Source of the DNA: Candidatus Nomurabacteria bacterium RIFCSPLOWO2_12_FULL_40_42
GTDB taxonomy: Bacteria; Patescibacteriota; Minisyncoccia; Phycocordibacterales; UBA9973
Direction: 5' to 3'
Length of the DNA stretch: 64,000 nucleotides
NCBI GenBank assembly: GCA_001786195.1
Contig: MFVS01000008.1
Location: 21,057-85,056, forward strand
In this document: positions 17,427 through 26,638 of the stretch, piece by piece
Layout of the letters: each line of letters starts with the position of its first letter
Numbering within the stretch: position 1 is the stretch's first letter
The notes under the pieces: model-generated
The model's input: only the letters and a program-made list of their open reading frames with translations
The model's database searches: none
What the model was told of the DNA's origin: nothing
Position numbers and translations under genes: made by a program

Positions 17427-19481
17427 TTATATATAAATTGTTTTTATTATGTCTGTTTTACCTTCCTTTTCCAATAAATCTGCCGGAATATCAGAAATGA
17501 ATTCGGACGGAGCGTTGATCTGCCGGGATCCGAAAATTGTGCGAAAATTTGCGAACGACAAAAATAATTTCTCTTTGGCCCGAGTCACAGCCACATAAAA
17601 AAGCCGGCGCTCTTCCTCGCTATCCATATCTATTGTTTCACTGCTTTTCTCATGCGGGAAAAGTCTGTCTTCTAGACCTGTGATAAAAACATACTTAAAC
17701 TCAAGCCCTTTTGAGGCGTGCATGGTCATTAGCTTAACTGCATTCATTTCTTTTTTTCTTTCATTTGTAATCATCAAACTATCTTGATCAGAGGCGAGCG
17801 ATGCATCTTCTAGCAGCTTTTCAGTGCCCTGGCTACCCTCGAGACTGTCATACTTGAGCGCCAATGTGGCCAGCTCTTTTATGTTTTCCAATCTTTCGAT
17901 GCCTTCTTCGCCGTCACTGCCGAGTTCTGCTTCAATCCCGGATTTTTTTACCACGAATTTTATCACTTCGCTGATTTTGGAATTAGAGATTTTTTCTTTT
18001 ATGGCTTCCAGTGTTTTGTAAAAATTATTAATCTTAATTTTCATTTTTATCGGTAAGTTTTCCATATCATTGGCAAAAATTTTAAGCAAAGTAACTTTGC
18101 CGATGTCTCGCGCTGGAAAATTAATTATTCGTTTTATATCCGACAGACTTTGAGGGTTTAAAGCGGCGCGCAGATAGGCCAATGTGTCTTTTATTTCTTT
18201 TCTTTCAAAAAATTTTACACCCAAAACCTGGTATGGAATATTATACCGAAGCATAGCTTCTTCCAGCGCCCGGGATTGAAAGTTGGCGCGATAGAGAATA
18301 GCGATACCGGAAAAAATGCTTTCGGACTCACCACGAAAATTTTCTGCTGAAAATTTTCTCTGTCCGTCGCCGTTCAGAAAATGTGCTCCCAGCACATTTC
18401 TGCTTCCAAGGGTTCGCTCGAAAACATTTTTTCCAGTATCGCAGATCTCCAAAATTTTTGTGGCCACAAAATCAGCCTCATCATTTTCATCCAGCGCTTC
18501 ATATAGGCCGATTTTTTCACCCGTTACATTTTTTGTAAATAGGTTTTTATCCGGCCGATATTTATTTTTTTTGATTACTACATTCGCCGCCTCCAGAATA
18601 TTTTTGGTGGATCGATAATTTTCCTCCAGGAGTATCACTTTCGCTTCCGGATAATCTTTTTTAAAACTCAAAATGTTCTTTAAATTTGCCCCGCGCCAAG
18701 AGTATATATTTTGGTCCGCATCTCCGACCACGCAAATATTCTTATTATTCTCAACGAGCATTTTCGACATCAAATACTGCACCTCATTGGTGTCCTGATA
18801 TTCATCGATGTGGATATATTCCCATCTTTCTTGATAAATTTTCCGAATTTCTTCGTTTTCTTTTAGTAACTTTGTCGATTTGAGTAGCAGATCGTCAAAA
18901 TCCAGCGAATTTTCTTTCAATTTTTTCTTTTCATACAAATTCCAAACTTGCGTCACTATCTCGCCGTACACCCCCTTTTCTCGTTCAGAATAATCTGCTA
19001 AATGCACGAATTTTCCTTTTTCTCGCGAGATAATATTTTTTATTTTCTTTGGATCATATTGCTTTGGGTCTATGCCGAGTTCTTTTTGGATCTCTTTGAT
19101 GAGGGTTGTCGCGTCACGTTCGTCGAGAATCGTGAAATACTTCGTCAGCCCCAAAAGTCTTGCATTCTCTTTTATAATACAAACTCCGAGCGAATGAAAA
19201 GTACTGACAAATGGAATGCTATTTTGACCCGAAATAATTTCTTTGACATTTTTTTCTATTTCATAAATTATTCTTTCGCGCATTTCCTTGGCCGCTTTAT
19301 TAGTAAAGGTAACGGCTAAAATGCGCTCCGGAGCGACTCCTTGCTTTATCAGATTCACTATTCGATGCGTTATCGTCTTGGTTTTCCCCGCGCCTGCTCC
19401 GGCAACGATCAAAAGTGGACCATGCACATGAACCGCGGCTTCTTTTTGCGCTGTATTTAGCTCTTTGAGATGATTTTCCAT
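17427..19481 (-). CDS. pcrA: UvrD/PcrA helicase (carries an in-frame palindromic insertion)
   Basis: AGAGAGKT, TFTNKAA, IDEYQDTN, VGDADQNIYSWRGA, MTMHASKGLEF, EEERRLFYVAVTRA. Confidence 0.92.
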   Translation of the reverse strand: MENHLKELNTAQKEAAVHVHGPLLIVAGAGAGKTKTITHRIVNLIKQGVAPERILAVTFTNKAAKEMRERIIYEIEKNVKEIISGQNSIPFVSTFHSLGVCIIKENARLLGLTKYFTILDERDATTLIKEIQKELGIDPKQYDPKKIKNIISREKGKFVHLADYSEREKGVYGEIVTQVWNLYEKKKLKENSLDFDDLLLKSTKLLKENEEIRKIYQERWEYIHIDEYQDTNEVQYLMSKMLVENNKNICVVGDADQNIYSWRGANLKNILSFKKDYPEAKVILLEENYRSTKNILEAANVVIKKNKYRPDKNLFTKNVTGEKIGLYEALDENDEADFVATKILEICDTGKNVFERTLGSRNVLGAHFLNGDGQRKFSAENFRGESESIFSGIAILYRANFQSRALEEAMLRYNIPYQVLGVKFFERKEIKDTLAYLRAALNPQSLSDIKRIINFPARDIGKVTLLKIFANDMENLPIKMKIKINNFYKTLEAIKEKISNSKISEVIKFVVKKSGIEAELGSDGEEGIERLENIKELATLALKYDSLEGSQGTEKLLEDASLASDQDSLMITNERKKEMNAVKLMTMHASKGLEFKYVFITGLEDRLFPHEKSSETIDMDSEEERRLFYVAVTRAKEKLFLSFANFRTIFGSRQINAPSEFISDIPADLLEKEGKTDIIKTIYI
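18301..18442. repeat. In-frame palindromic (MITE-like) insertion in uvrD/pcrA
   Basis: 24-bp terminal inverted repeats (18301-18324 and 18419-18442, 2 mismatches) plus two internal hairpins. Confidence 0.75.
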
Positions 19482-19720
19482 TTACCCATGTTAGCATACA
19501 AATATTTTGTCCAATTTTGGCCCAAAATCAGTTATCCACACCCCTATTGACCTTGGTTGACTTTTACCTCTTTTTGGACTACTCTATGAACCATAGCTCT
19601 GAAGAGAGGTATGGTGCAAGTTGACCGAACGCTAGAGATGATAGTAACCATCGTGAGAACCTTTTGTTTGCAGTACTATTTGGTCGTCCTGTAATTCTAC
19701 CCTTATTTTTCAATGCATAA

Positions 19721-20869
19721 TTGGGGTCGGAAAGGCAATCTCTCGGTATTTCGTTTGTTTTTATAAAACCTAAACTCAAAATTTTAATCTCCGCCCCATT
19801 TTTGCCCTTATTTTTAGGACTTTTTTGGTTGTTAGCTATATCTACCCAGGCGGAAGCCGGATTCCCCTCTTCTATTTTTTTGGGCCCGGATGCTAATGCG
19901 CAGGTAAACTTAGATTCGGCTCAATCCAGTAAAAACCTCCAGCTCAATTCGCAAACCATGGATCTTCTTCGGGCCAATGTTTCTTCCGCCTCCATTCTGG
20001 AAAATAAAAACGATAAAAAGGGGGATAACAAAGATCAAATAGATCCAAGTGCCAACATAAATATTGTTTCTGATACCGCTATGCTTCCGGCGACCGGACC
20101 AATGGGCGTATCAGGCGGCAGGGACGTTCCTGATACCTCTTCTCTAGAAACTAGTGTGTATGTAATAAGAAAGGGTGACACTTTGTCTAGTATTGCCGAG
20201 ATGTTTGGAGTTTCGGTAGATACCATTTTGTCCGCTAACGATATGAATAAAGGAGACAAGTTAAAAGAAGGTGACACATTACTAATTTTGCCTTTTGATG
20301 CGGTGGAACATCCTGTCGCAAAAGGTGAAACTTTGAATGGAATAGCCATTAAATATAAAGTTGATCTGGAAGATATTTTAGATGCTAATAATATTGATGC
20401 AAATACAAAGCTTGTTGTTGGTGAAAGATTGATAATTCCTGGGGCGGAAATGCTAAGTGAAAATGCTCCAAGATCGGTAAATCCGAGCGTAACGCGCGGC
20501 GGGTCTCAAATTTACACCGTAGCTCCAGGATACTTTGTAAATCCAGTTCCAGGAGCTAGGAGAACTAGAGGAATTACCAAAGCGCACAACGGAGTGGATT
20601 TGGCTGCGCCGAAAGGGACTCCGATTCTTGCGGCTGCTTCCGGGACGGTTGTTATTGCTAGAAATGGTTATAATGGTGGTTTCGGAAATTATGTTGTAAT
20701 TCAGCACCCCAACGGTACAAAAACTCTCTATGCTCACATGTCTAAACTAGGAACTACTCCCGGTGCGCAAGTTTCCCAAGGAGAAATGATTGGTCGTGTT
20801 GGGAACACCGGTCGTTCTCGGGGAGATCATGCACATGTTGAAGTGTTGGGAGGCAAAAATCCTTTATAA
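19721..20869 (+). CDS. LysM + M23 metallopeptidase (start codon uncertain)
   Basis: Two LysM domains (YVIRKGDTLSSIA; HPVAKGETLNGIA); HNGVDLAA, YAHMS and HAHVEV M23 motifs. Confidence 0.9.
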   Translation: MGSERQSLGISFVFIKPKLKILISAPFLPLFLGLFWLLAISTQAEAGFPSSIFLGPDANAQVNLDSAQSSKNLQLNSQTMDLLRANVSSASILENKNDKKGDNKDQIDPSANINIVSDTAMLPATGPMGVSGGRDVPDTSSLETSVYVIRKGDTLSSIAEMFGVSVDTILSANDMNKGDKLKEGDTLLILPFDAVEHPVAKGETLNGIAIKYKVDLEDILDANNIDANTKLVVGERLIIPGAEMLSENAPRSVNPSVTRGGSQIYTVAPGYFVNPVPGARRTRGITKAHNGVDLAAPKGTPILAAASGTVVIARNGYNGGFGNYVVIQHPNGTKTLYAHMSKLGTTPGAQVSQGEMIGRVGNTGRSRGDHAHVEVLGGKNPL

Positions 20870-20870
20870 T

Positions 20871-21620
20871 TTACTCCAAATAAGTTAAAGCGACCATCAC
20901 GCTAACACCAACCACGACTGCCACTATTTGCAACAGAGAATATTTTATTTCTTTTGTTTTATGAAGTTCAGGTATCAAGTCTGCCACGGCAACATAGATA
21001 AATCCTCCAGCGGCAATTGGCAAAAACCAAGAGGTTGAAGTTTCAGCTATGTTGCCTAAGGCAAAAAATATGATAGCACCAAGGACCGCGGCTAAGGCAG
21101 ATAAAAAATTAAGCCATAGCGCGCGGGCTTTTGTGTATCCAGAATGTATAAGCACTGCAAAGTCCCCTATCTCTTGCGGGATTTCGTGTAAAAGTACCGC
21201 TAGGGTGGTAGCTATTCCTATTGGCACGCTTACCAAAAAACTTGCTCCAATAATTATTCCGTCCATAAAGTTGTGCACTCCGTCAGAAAATAAAATTAAT
21301 TTACCCATCGGATGAAGGTGATTTTGTGCTGTATCATCTTCATGATGGTGCCAGTGTAGAAATTTTTCCACAATAAAAAAGAAAAGAATGCCGCCAATCA
21401 CCAAAATACTAGTCAGGGTTGTGTTTGCCGACTCTGCTATGGCTTCGGGTATTATATGGATGAAAGCGTCTCCGAGAAGAGCTCCTACCGCTAAACTTAT
21501 AAGCAAAAAAATGTATTTTTTCAGGATCTCTTCTCTTAAGCTCAGAGTAAAAATCCCCACAAATGAAATCAAACTTACCACCAGAACGCTTATGAATGTG
21601 TATAAATATGCTGTTGTCAT
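20871..21620 (-). CDS. ZIP family metal transporter
   Basis: HWHHH loop, DGVHNFMDG, LHEIPQEIGDF. Confidence 0.92.
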   Translation of the reverse strand: MTTAYLYTFISVLVVSLISFVGIFTLSLREEILKKYIFLLISLAVGALLGDAFIHIIPEAIAESANTTLTSILVIGGILFFFIVEKFLHWHHHEDDTAQNHLHPMGKLILFSDGVHNFMDGIIIGASFLVSVPIGIATTLAVLLHEIPQEIGDFAVLIHSGYTKARALWLNFLSALAAVLGAIIFFALGNIAETSTSWFLPIAAGGFIYVAVADLIPELHKTKEIKYSLLQIVAVVVGVSVMVALTYLE

Positions 21621-21621
21621 G

Positions 21622-21692
21622 TGCGGGATGGGAGAATCGAACTCCCAACATCTGTTTGGAAAACAGAAATTTTACCATTAAACTAATCCCGC
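21622..21692 (-). tRNA. tRNA-Gly(TCC), no encoded CCA
   Basis: Acceptor stem GCGGGAT/ATCCCGC, anticodon arm TCTGT-TT TCC AA-ACAGA, T-loop GTTCGATTC. Confidence 0.92.
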
Positions 21693-21702
21693 CTCGCATC
21701 AT

Positions 21703-21773
21703 TCGGGCTGCTGGGAGTCGAACCCAGCCTAAATGCTCCCAAAGCACTTGTACAACCGATATACTACAGCCCG
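21703..21773 (-). tRNA. tRNA-Pro(TGG), no encoded CCA
   Basis: Acceptor stem CGGGCTG/CAGCCCG, anticodon arm AGTGC-TT TGG GA-GCATT, T-loop GTTCGACTC. Confidence 0.9.
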
Positions 21774-21844
21774 CTTTACTTTAGACCAATCTAATATATC
21801 ATGGTTCTATTTTATTCACCATGACCCTGAGCCTGTCGAACGGG

Positions 21845-22249
21845 TCATAAAATTATATCTTTTACTACTTTTATTTTTGCGCTTCTGTCCTTTAAACTCA
21901 AAAACACCACTAGTAGATCTACTTGCCATTCTTCATCCAGATGTTTCGACAAAATATAAGTTTGAATCGCTCGAGCTAGCCTTTTTAGTTTCCATGGATG
22001 CATATTGTCCTCGGGATGATATTGATCTAAGGTTTCACGATTAACATTCTCCAATGTCTCCCGAGAAACACTTTTTACTTCAATAAAATATATCTTGTTA
22101 TCTTTTTCAGCGACAATATCTATTTCACCCCATTTTTTTGTGTAATTTCTTTCTCTTATTAAAAAGCCGTGTTTCACAAGAAACTTTACTGCTACATTTT
22201 CGCCTATCTCTCCTATTTTTTGTTTTTCTGAAGTGAAAACTTTTGGCAT
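21845..22249 (-). CDS. YraN family endonuclease-like protein
   Basis: GEIGENVAVKFL...ERNY..KWGEIDIVA...FIEVKS. Confidence 0.9.
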   Translation of the reverse strand: MPKVFTSEKQKIGEIGENVAVKFLVKHGFLIRERNYTKKWGEIDIVAEKDNKIYFIEVKSVSRETLENVNRETLDQYHPEDNMHPWKLKRLARAIQTYILSKHLDEEWQVDLLVVFLSLKDRSAKIKVVKDIIL

Positions 22250-22680
22250 GGCATTGTGAGTTTCACGAATAACATTCTAAATATGTTTCACATGAAACGT
22301 TTTTATTAAATTTTGTGTCTTTTATATAAATATCCTTATTTATCAACATATTTTGAATAAAATTGTTTTAAAAGACAATCTTCCACTATGTCCTTTATGA
22401 ACATTACTAACATAGTTATCCACAGTTTTTAACAAAAGCTTTATGTAATAAAGGTTTCACTAAAGGACATTATTTTGTGCGGCCAAGGAGAATCGAACTC
22501 CTATCTCAACCTTGGCAAGGTCGTGTTATAGCCATTAAACCATGGCCGCAAATTAGTATACGATTCAAAAAAATCAAAATTATTTTTTACATTTTCATTA
22601 TAGTATTTTATTGGAAGTTATGCAATATTTACTTCGGAATTTAATTGTTTTCCGAAGTTTATTGTGTTACAATTAGTGTA
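22250..22680. other. Candidate replication origin (oriC)
   Basis: AT-rich intergenic DNA, perfect DnaA box TTATCCACA at 22416-22424, TTATCAACA at 22340-22348, adjacent parS sites and the gene-strand switch. Confidence 0.5.
22478..22549 (-). tRNA. tRNA-Gly(GCC), no encoded CCA
   Basis: Acceptor stem GCGGCCA/TGGCCGC, anticodon arm CGACC-TT GCC AA-GGTTG, T-loop GTTCGATTC. Confidence 0.92.
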
Positions 22681-23208
22681 ATGAAAAAATGTACTAAATG
22701 TAAGAAAGAAAAACCAGCTAATGAATTTAACTTCAAAATAAAGTCTTTAGGATTGCGGCAAGGTCAATGTAAAGAATGCACTAGGTTATTTGTAAAAAAT
22801 CATTATAATAAGAACAAGAGTTATTATTTGAAAAAAGCAAGGAAAAGAAATACCAAACTAGAGTTAGAATTGCTTGAGTATCTTAAAGATTATTTTTTAA
22901 AACATCCTTGCATAGATTGTGGAGAGTCTGATATAACAGTTTTGGAATTTGATCATATGGGGAAAGTCCCAAAATTTAAGGCGGTTTCTTATCTGATGAA
23001 ACATCGCTATAAATTAGAAAAAATCATAGACGAAATTAATAAGTGTGAAGTTAGATGTGCTAATTGTCATAGGAGGAAAACGGCTAAACAATTTAAGTGG
23101 TTAAAAAGTAATAATGCGCTCGTAGCTCAACGGATAGAGCACTTGTCTTCGGAACAAGGGGTTGTGGGTTCGATTCCCTCCGAGCGCACAAAAATAAGGA
23201 TAATATGA
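22681..23208 (+). CDS. Zn-binding HNH endonuclease-like protein, reading through tRNA-Arg
   Basis: CTKC..CKEC N-terminus; CIDCGE..LEFDH..CEVRCANCHRRKT; ATG at 22681 lies 7 nt after TGTTACAAT. Confidence 0.75.
   Translation: MKKCTKCKKEKPANEFNFKIKSLGLRQGQCKECTRLFVKNHYNKNKSYYLKKARKRNTKLELELLEYLKDYFLKHPCIDCGESDITVLEFDHMGKVPKFKAVSYLMKHRYKLEKIIDEINKCEVRCANCHRRKTAKQFKWLKSNNALVAQRIEHLSSEQGVVGSIPSERTKIRII
23116..23188 (+). tRNA. tRNA-Arg(TCG), no encoded CCA
   Basis: Acceptor stem GCGCTCG/CGAGCGC, D-arm GCTC/GAGC, anticodon arm CTTGT-CT TCG GA-ACAAG; one T:T mismatch in the T-stem. Confidence 0.88.
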
Positions 23209-24842
23209 AGGATGCACTCAAAAATTTAATATCAAAAATCCCTAAAGAAGTTTCACATGTAACTGACGCGCTCGAAAAAGCTGGTTTTGAGGCATATTTG
23301 GTTGGTGGATGTGTTAGAGATCTAGTGATGGGCAGGGAACCCAAAGACTGGGATGTGACAACTAATGCTAAACCAGAACAAATAATGGAACTTTTTGAGA
23401 AGACCGTATATGAAAATACCTTTGGAACAGTAGCAGTATGTGTTCCATATGAAACACAAGACAATAATGTTTCACAAGAAACAAATTTGAATAACGTTAT
23501 TCGTGAAACGTCGAAATACAAGATAATTGAAGTGACTCCTTACAGAATTGAGGCAAAATATAGCGATCTTAGACATCCCGATGAGGTAAAATTTAGTAAT
23601 AAACTCGAAGATGATCTTCAGAGACGTGACTTTTCCATAAACGCCATGGTTTTAAACCCTAAAGGACACCTAACGGACATGTTTGGAGGTATAAAGGACA
23701 TAGAATCTAAAACATTAAGGATAGTAGGGAAGCCCGAAGATCGTTTTCGGGAAGATGCGCTTCGAATGTTGCGAGCAGTACGCTTTGCTTGCCAACTTGA
23801 TTTTTTTGTGTCATATGAAACAACTGAAAGTATTTTAAAAAATGCAGATTTAATAAAAAAAATATCCTTTGAAAGAATCCGGGATGAGTTTGAAAAAATA
23901 ATAACTAGTGCCAATCCTTCTTCTGGGTTGGTGATGCTTCAGAAATTTGGCTTGTTGAAAAATATTATTCCAGAATTAGAGGAGGGGATAGGTTGCGAAC
24001 AATTAGGAGAGCATATTTATGACGTTTGGGATCATTTACTGCATGCCCTCCAGCATGCCGCCGACAAGAATTGGTCTTTAGAAATAAGGCTGGCAGCACT
24101 TTTTCACGATATTGGTAAGTCAAAGACTAGACGATTAGCAACGCCTTCCCCGACGAAAAATTCTGGCGCCTTCGCCCTCGGAGACAAGAGGACAGGGGAC
24201 CCACGACGCATAGAATTTTTGTCGGGGCAGGCATCCATCTCAACCAAGAAGAAATACACTTTCTACGGGCATGAAGTAGTTGGCGCGCGAATGGCGAGAA
24301 AAATAATGGAGCGGTTAAAATTTCCCAAAAAAGAAATTGAATTGGTGGAAAAATTGGTTCGCAACCATATGTTCTTCTCGGATACTGAATTGATCACGCT
24401 CTCTGCGGTACGAAGAATTATTGTAAAAGTTGGTCAAGAAAATATCTGGGCCTTGATGAATGTGCGTGAGTGCGATCGAGTCGGAATGAAGAAAAAAGAA
24501 GCGCCGTACCGCTTGCGAAAATATTTTGCCATGATCGAAGAGGCCTTGCGAGACCCGATTTCTGTCGGGCAGTTAAAAATTGATGGGGAATTTATGATTA
24601 AAGAGCTTGGGATCAAGCCGGGACCTCGAATGGGGTGGATTTTGAGTGCCTTACTGGAAGAAGTATTGAACACTCCCAATAGAAACACCGTAGAAGAATT
24701 GTCTAAATTGGTTGAATCTCTAAATCTGCTCGGCGATAAAGAACTCAAAGCTCTCGGTGACAAAGGAAAAGAAAAAAAAGAAGAGCTCGAAGAAGAAGAA
24801 ATTGCCAAACTGCACCAAAAGCATGGAGTAAGAATAAATTAG
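23205..24842 (+). CDS. cca: CCA tRNA nucleotidyltransferase with HD domain
   Basis: LVGGCVRD..DWDVTT, DLQRRDFSINA, RFREDALRMLRAVRF, FHDIGK; the neighbouring tRNAs lack CCA. Confidence 0.88.
   Translation: MKDALKNLISKIPKEVSHVTDALEKAGFEAYLVGGCVRDLVMGREPKDWDVTTNAKPEQIMELFEKTVYENTFGTVAVCVPYETQDNNVSQETNLNNVIRETSKYKIIEVTPYRIEAKYSDLRHPDEVKFSNKLEDDLQRRDFSINAMVLNPKGHLTDMFGGIKDIESKTLRIVGKPEDRFREDALRMLRAVRFACQLDFFVSYETTESILKNADLIKKISFERIRDEFEKIITSANPSSGLVMLQKFGLLKNIIPELEEGIGCEQLGEHIYDVWDHLLHALQHAADKNWSLEIRLAALFHDIGKSKTRRLATPSPTKNSGAFALGDKRTGDPRRIEFLSGQASISTKKKYTFYGHEVVGARMARKIMERLKFPKKEIELVEKLVRNHMFFSDTELITLSAVRRIIVKVGQENIWALMNVRECDRVGMKKKEAPYRLRKYFAMIEEALRDPISVGQLKIDGEFMIKELGIKPGPRMGWILSALLEEVLNTPNRNTVEELSKLVESLNLLGDKELKALGDKGKEKKEELEEEEIAKLHQKHGVRIN
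24143..24232. repeat. In-frame palindromic insertion in cca (90 bp)
   Basis: gccttccccgacgaaaaattct ... agaatttttgtcggggcaggc near-perfect inverted ends, between HDIGK and the YTFYGHE motif. Confidence 0.7.
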
Positions 24843-24880
24843 ATTTCAGCAATAAGAAGCGGTCGCGTACTATTGCTAAA

Positions 24881-26590
24881 TTAGTATACCTCTCGCTGAT
24901 AGCAAGTCTCGCAGTAAACTGTTTCGGGACGATCGGGGGAGTAGGAAGACATTATTTCTTTTCCACATTTGGCGCAGTTACGATTCCAAAGTTTTTGGGG
25001 ATTGCGGGATTCCATGCGCTTGCCATGGCGGCAATTAGGGCAAAGGATTGGCAAGGGGATACTGTGTTTTTTATAAAAAATCAGTTCTTCTTTGGTTATG
25101 CGAAAAGCGGTAGTGCATTGATGTCTGCATTTTCCATTATCAAAGCAAGCGATAATTTCATTAGTAATTGTGTCCGGAACATCATTTATTGAATTCGGGA
25201 CATTTACTGGGATAAGAGTCGGCGTATAGGACCGATGAATGTCTTTTTTCCATTTGAATCCGAGGCCCCGCGCCTCCTTGTCTGTTAGGGGATAATATTT
25301 TCCGGCTATGCTTTCGTTGTAAGAAGTAGAACATAATTCATTTGGGAAAAATTCTCCATATTTATAAATAATTTCTCTGGCGTCAACATATGGCAAGTCA
25401 GACATATCTTTTTTAATTTGTTCCGTTAGATTTTGGTACTCTTCTTTACTGTATGCCCTATTGAGAATCATATATTCTCCGCTTCGAACACCGACGCAAC
25501 CAAACAAATTGGACGAGCTTTGGCAAAAAGCGGTATATTCGCAGTCATGGGAAGAGTCAGTCAGAAAAACAAATTTACAATTGCGAATGTCTTCGGGGCT
25601 GATGGCCTCGTAGATGAGCTCGCTACCGCCCATGCCGAAGCAGTCGGAGATATCCTTGCTTCCAAATACCCAAGAGCTATATCTGGCTTTCTCTAAGTCC
25701 CATCCGTCAAAAACATAGTAGCAATCTTTGGAATTTTCCAAATGATCGCCTACGCAATTTACACATTTTATCTGTTCTGTATTTTTGACGATTGATTTTG
25801 ATTTTATTTCATTAAATTTCTTATCGATTTTATCCCGAACGCTTCTCTGGTCGAGTTTCAGGTTATCAATCTTCGCAAGATATGCTTCTTTTGAGAGTTG
25901 TTCTCCGAAGAAAATATTTTTTCCAGAACGCAAATTTACAACCCCAAAAACATTCTCGCAGTTGCGGCAGGCAAATGCGTAATTTGAATCAACCATGCCA
26001 ACGCACTCTTGCAGATACGAACTATTGTAATTTTTACCAGCATTTATTGTTTCGTAGCACTGTTCCGAATCGAGAACATAAGAACTATCCAAGGTTTGCC
26101 TGCAATTTTTGGCATATTGCAGGTAGGCTACATCTTCGCAGTCGCGCAAAGCAAAAGAAAGATACGCATTTTTATTAAAATAAGACTGATTGGTATATTC
26201 CGAATTTTTACAGCCGACAGTCCATATTCCCATTCGTGGCACTGTATCAAGTAGTTTTTTTATTTGAGTGAAAAAAGGAGCAGATCTATCGTATTTGAAA
26301 CCAAATGATTTGGGATCCCACTTGTCGGATAAATAACATTCGCGACAATAGACAGGGAAAGGAGTATCCTTGTCATAAATAAAAATAAAATCTTTCTTGC
26401 ATAAATCACAGGGGCGTTTGTAAAGATTACGTTCATTGCGCCAAATAAATCTCCTTTGCGCCCGGCAGTCCGGGCAGAAAGATGGCGCTGGAACTTTAAT
26501 CTTTTCGTAAAAATTTAAGTCTTCTTGCTCGATTTCAAATTTCTTCTTACAGTTTTGACAGGTTTTATTTTCCACAAACAAATTATACAC
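24881..26590 (-). CDS. Conserved CPR Cys-rich protein with Zn-ribbons
   Basis: CQNC, CPDC, CDLC, CREC, CPNC, CAKC and CETC pairs with a central Cys/Ser-rich repetitive region. Confidence 0.8.
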   Translation of the reverse strand: MYNLFVENKTCQNCKKKFEIEQEDLNFYEKIKVPAPSFCPDCRAQRRFIWRNERNLYKRPCDLCKKDFIFIYDKDTPFPVYCRECYLSDKWDPKSFGFKYDRSAPFFTQIKKLLDTVPRMGIWTVGCKNSEYTNQSYFNKNAYLSFALRDCEDVAYLQYAKNCRQTLDSSYVLDSEQCYETINAGKNYNSSYLQECVGMVDSNYAFACRNCENVFGVVNLRSGKNIFFGEQLSKEAYLAKIDNLKLDQRSVRDKIDKKFNEIKSKSIVKNTEQIKCVNCVGDHLENSKDCYYVFDGWDLEKARYSSWVFGSKDISDCFGMGGSELIYEAISPEDIRNCKFVFLTDSSHDCEYTAFCQSSSNLFGCVGVRSGEYMILNRAYSKEEYQNLTEQIKKDMSDLPYVDAREIIYKYGEFFPNELCSTSYNESIAGKYYPLTDKEARGLGFKWKKDIHRSYTPTLIPVNVPNSINDVPDTITNEIIACFDNGKCRHQCTTAFRITKEELIFYKKHSIPLPILCPNCRHGKRMESRNPQKLWNRNCAKCGKEIMSSYSPDRPETVYCETCYQREVY

Positions 26591-26638
26591 CTAAGACATA
26601 AACTTTCAATTTTTTTAGAAATATTGTATTATTGTAAG

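Larger units (their letters stand above)
22031..23822. repeat. Cluster of about nine parS-like palindromes
   Basis: Matches of varying quality to TGTTTCACGTGAAACA at 22031, 22055, 22170, 22259, 22284 (tgtttcacatgaaacg), 23249, 23441, 23468, 23495 and 23807. Confidence 0.75.

Noticed and set aside
19560-19750. Riboswitch upstream of the LysM-M23 gene
   Set aside because: Some pairing potential, but I could not match c-di-AMP, c-di-GMP or other known consensus motifs.
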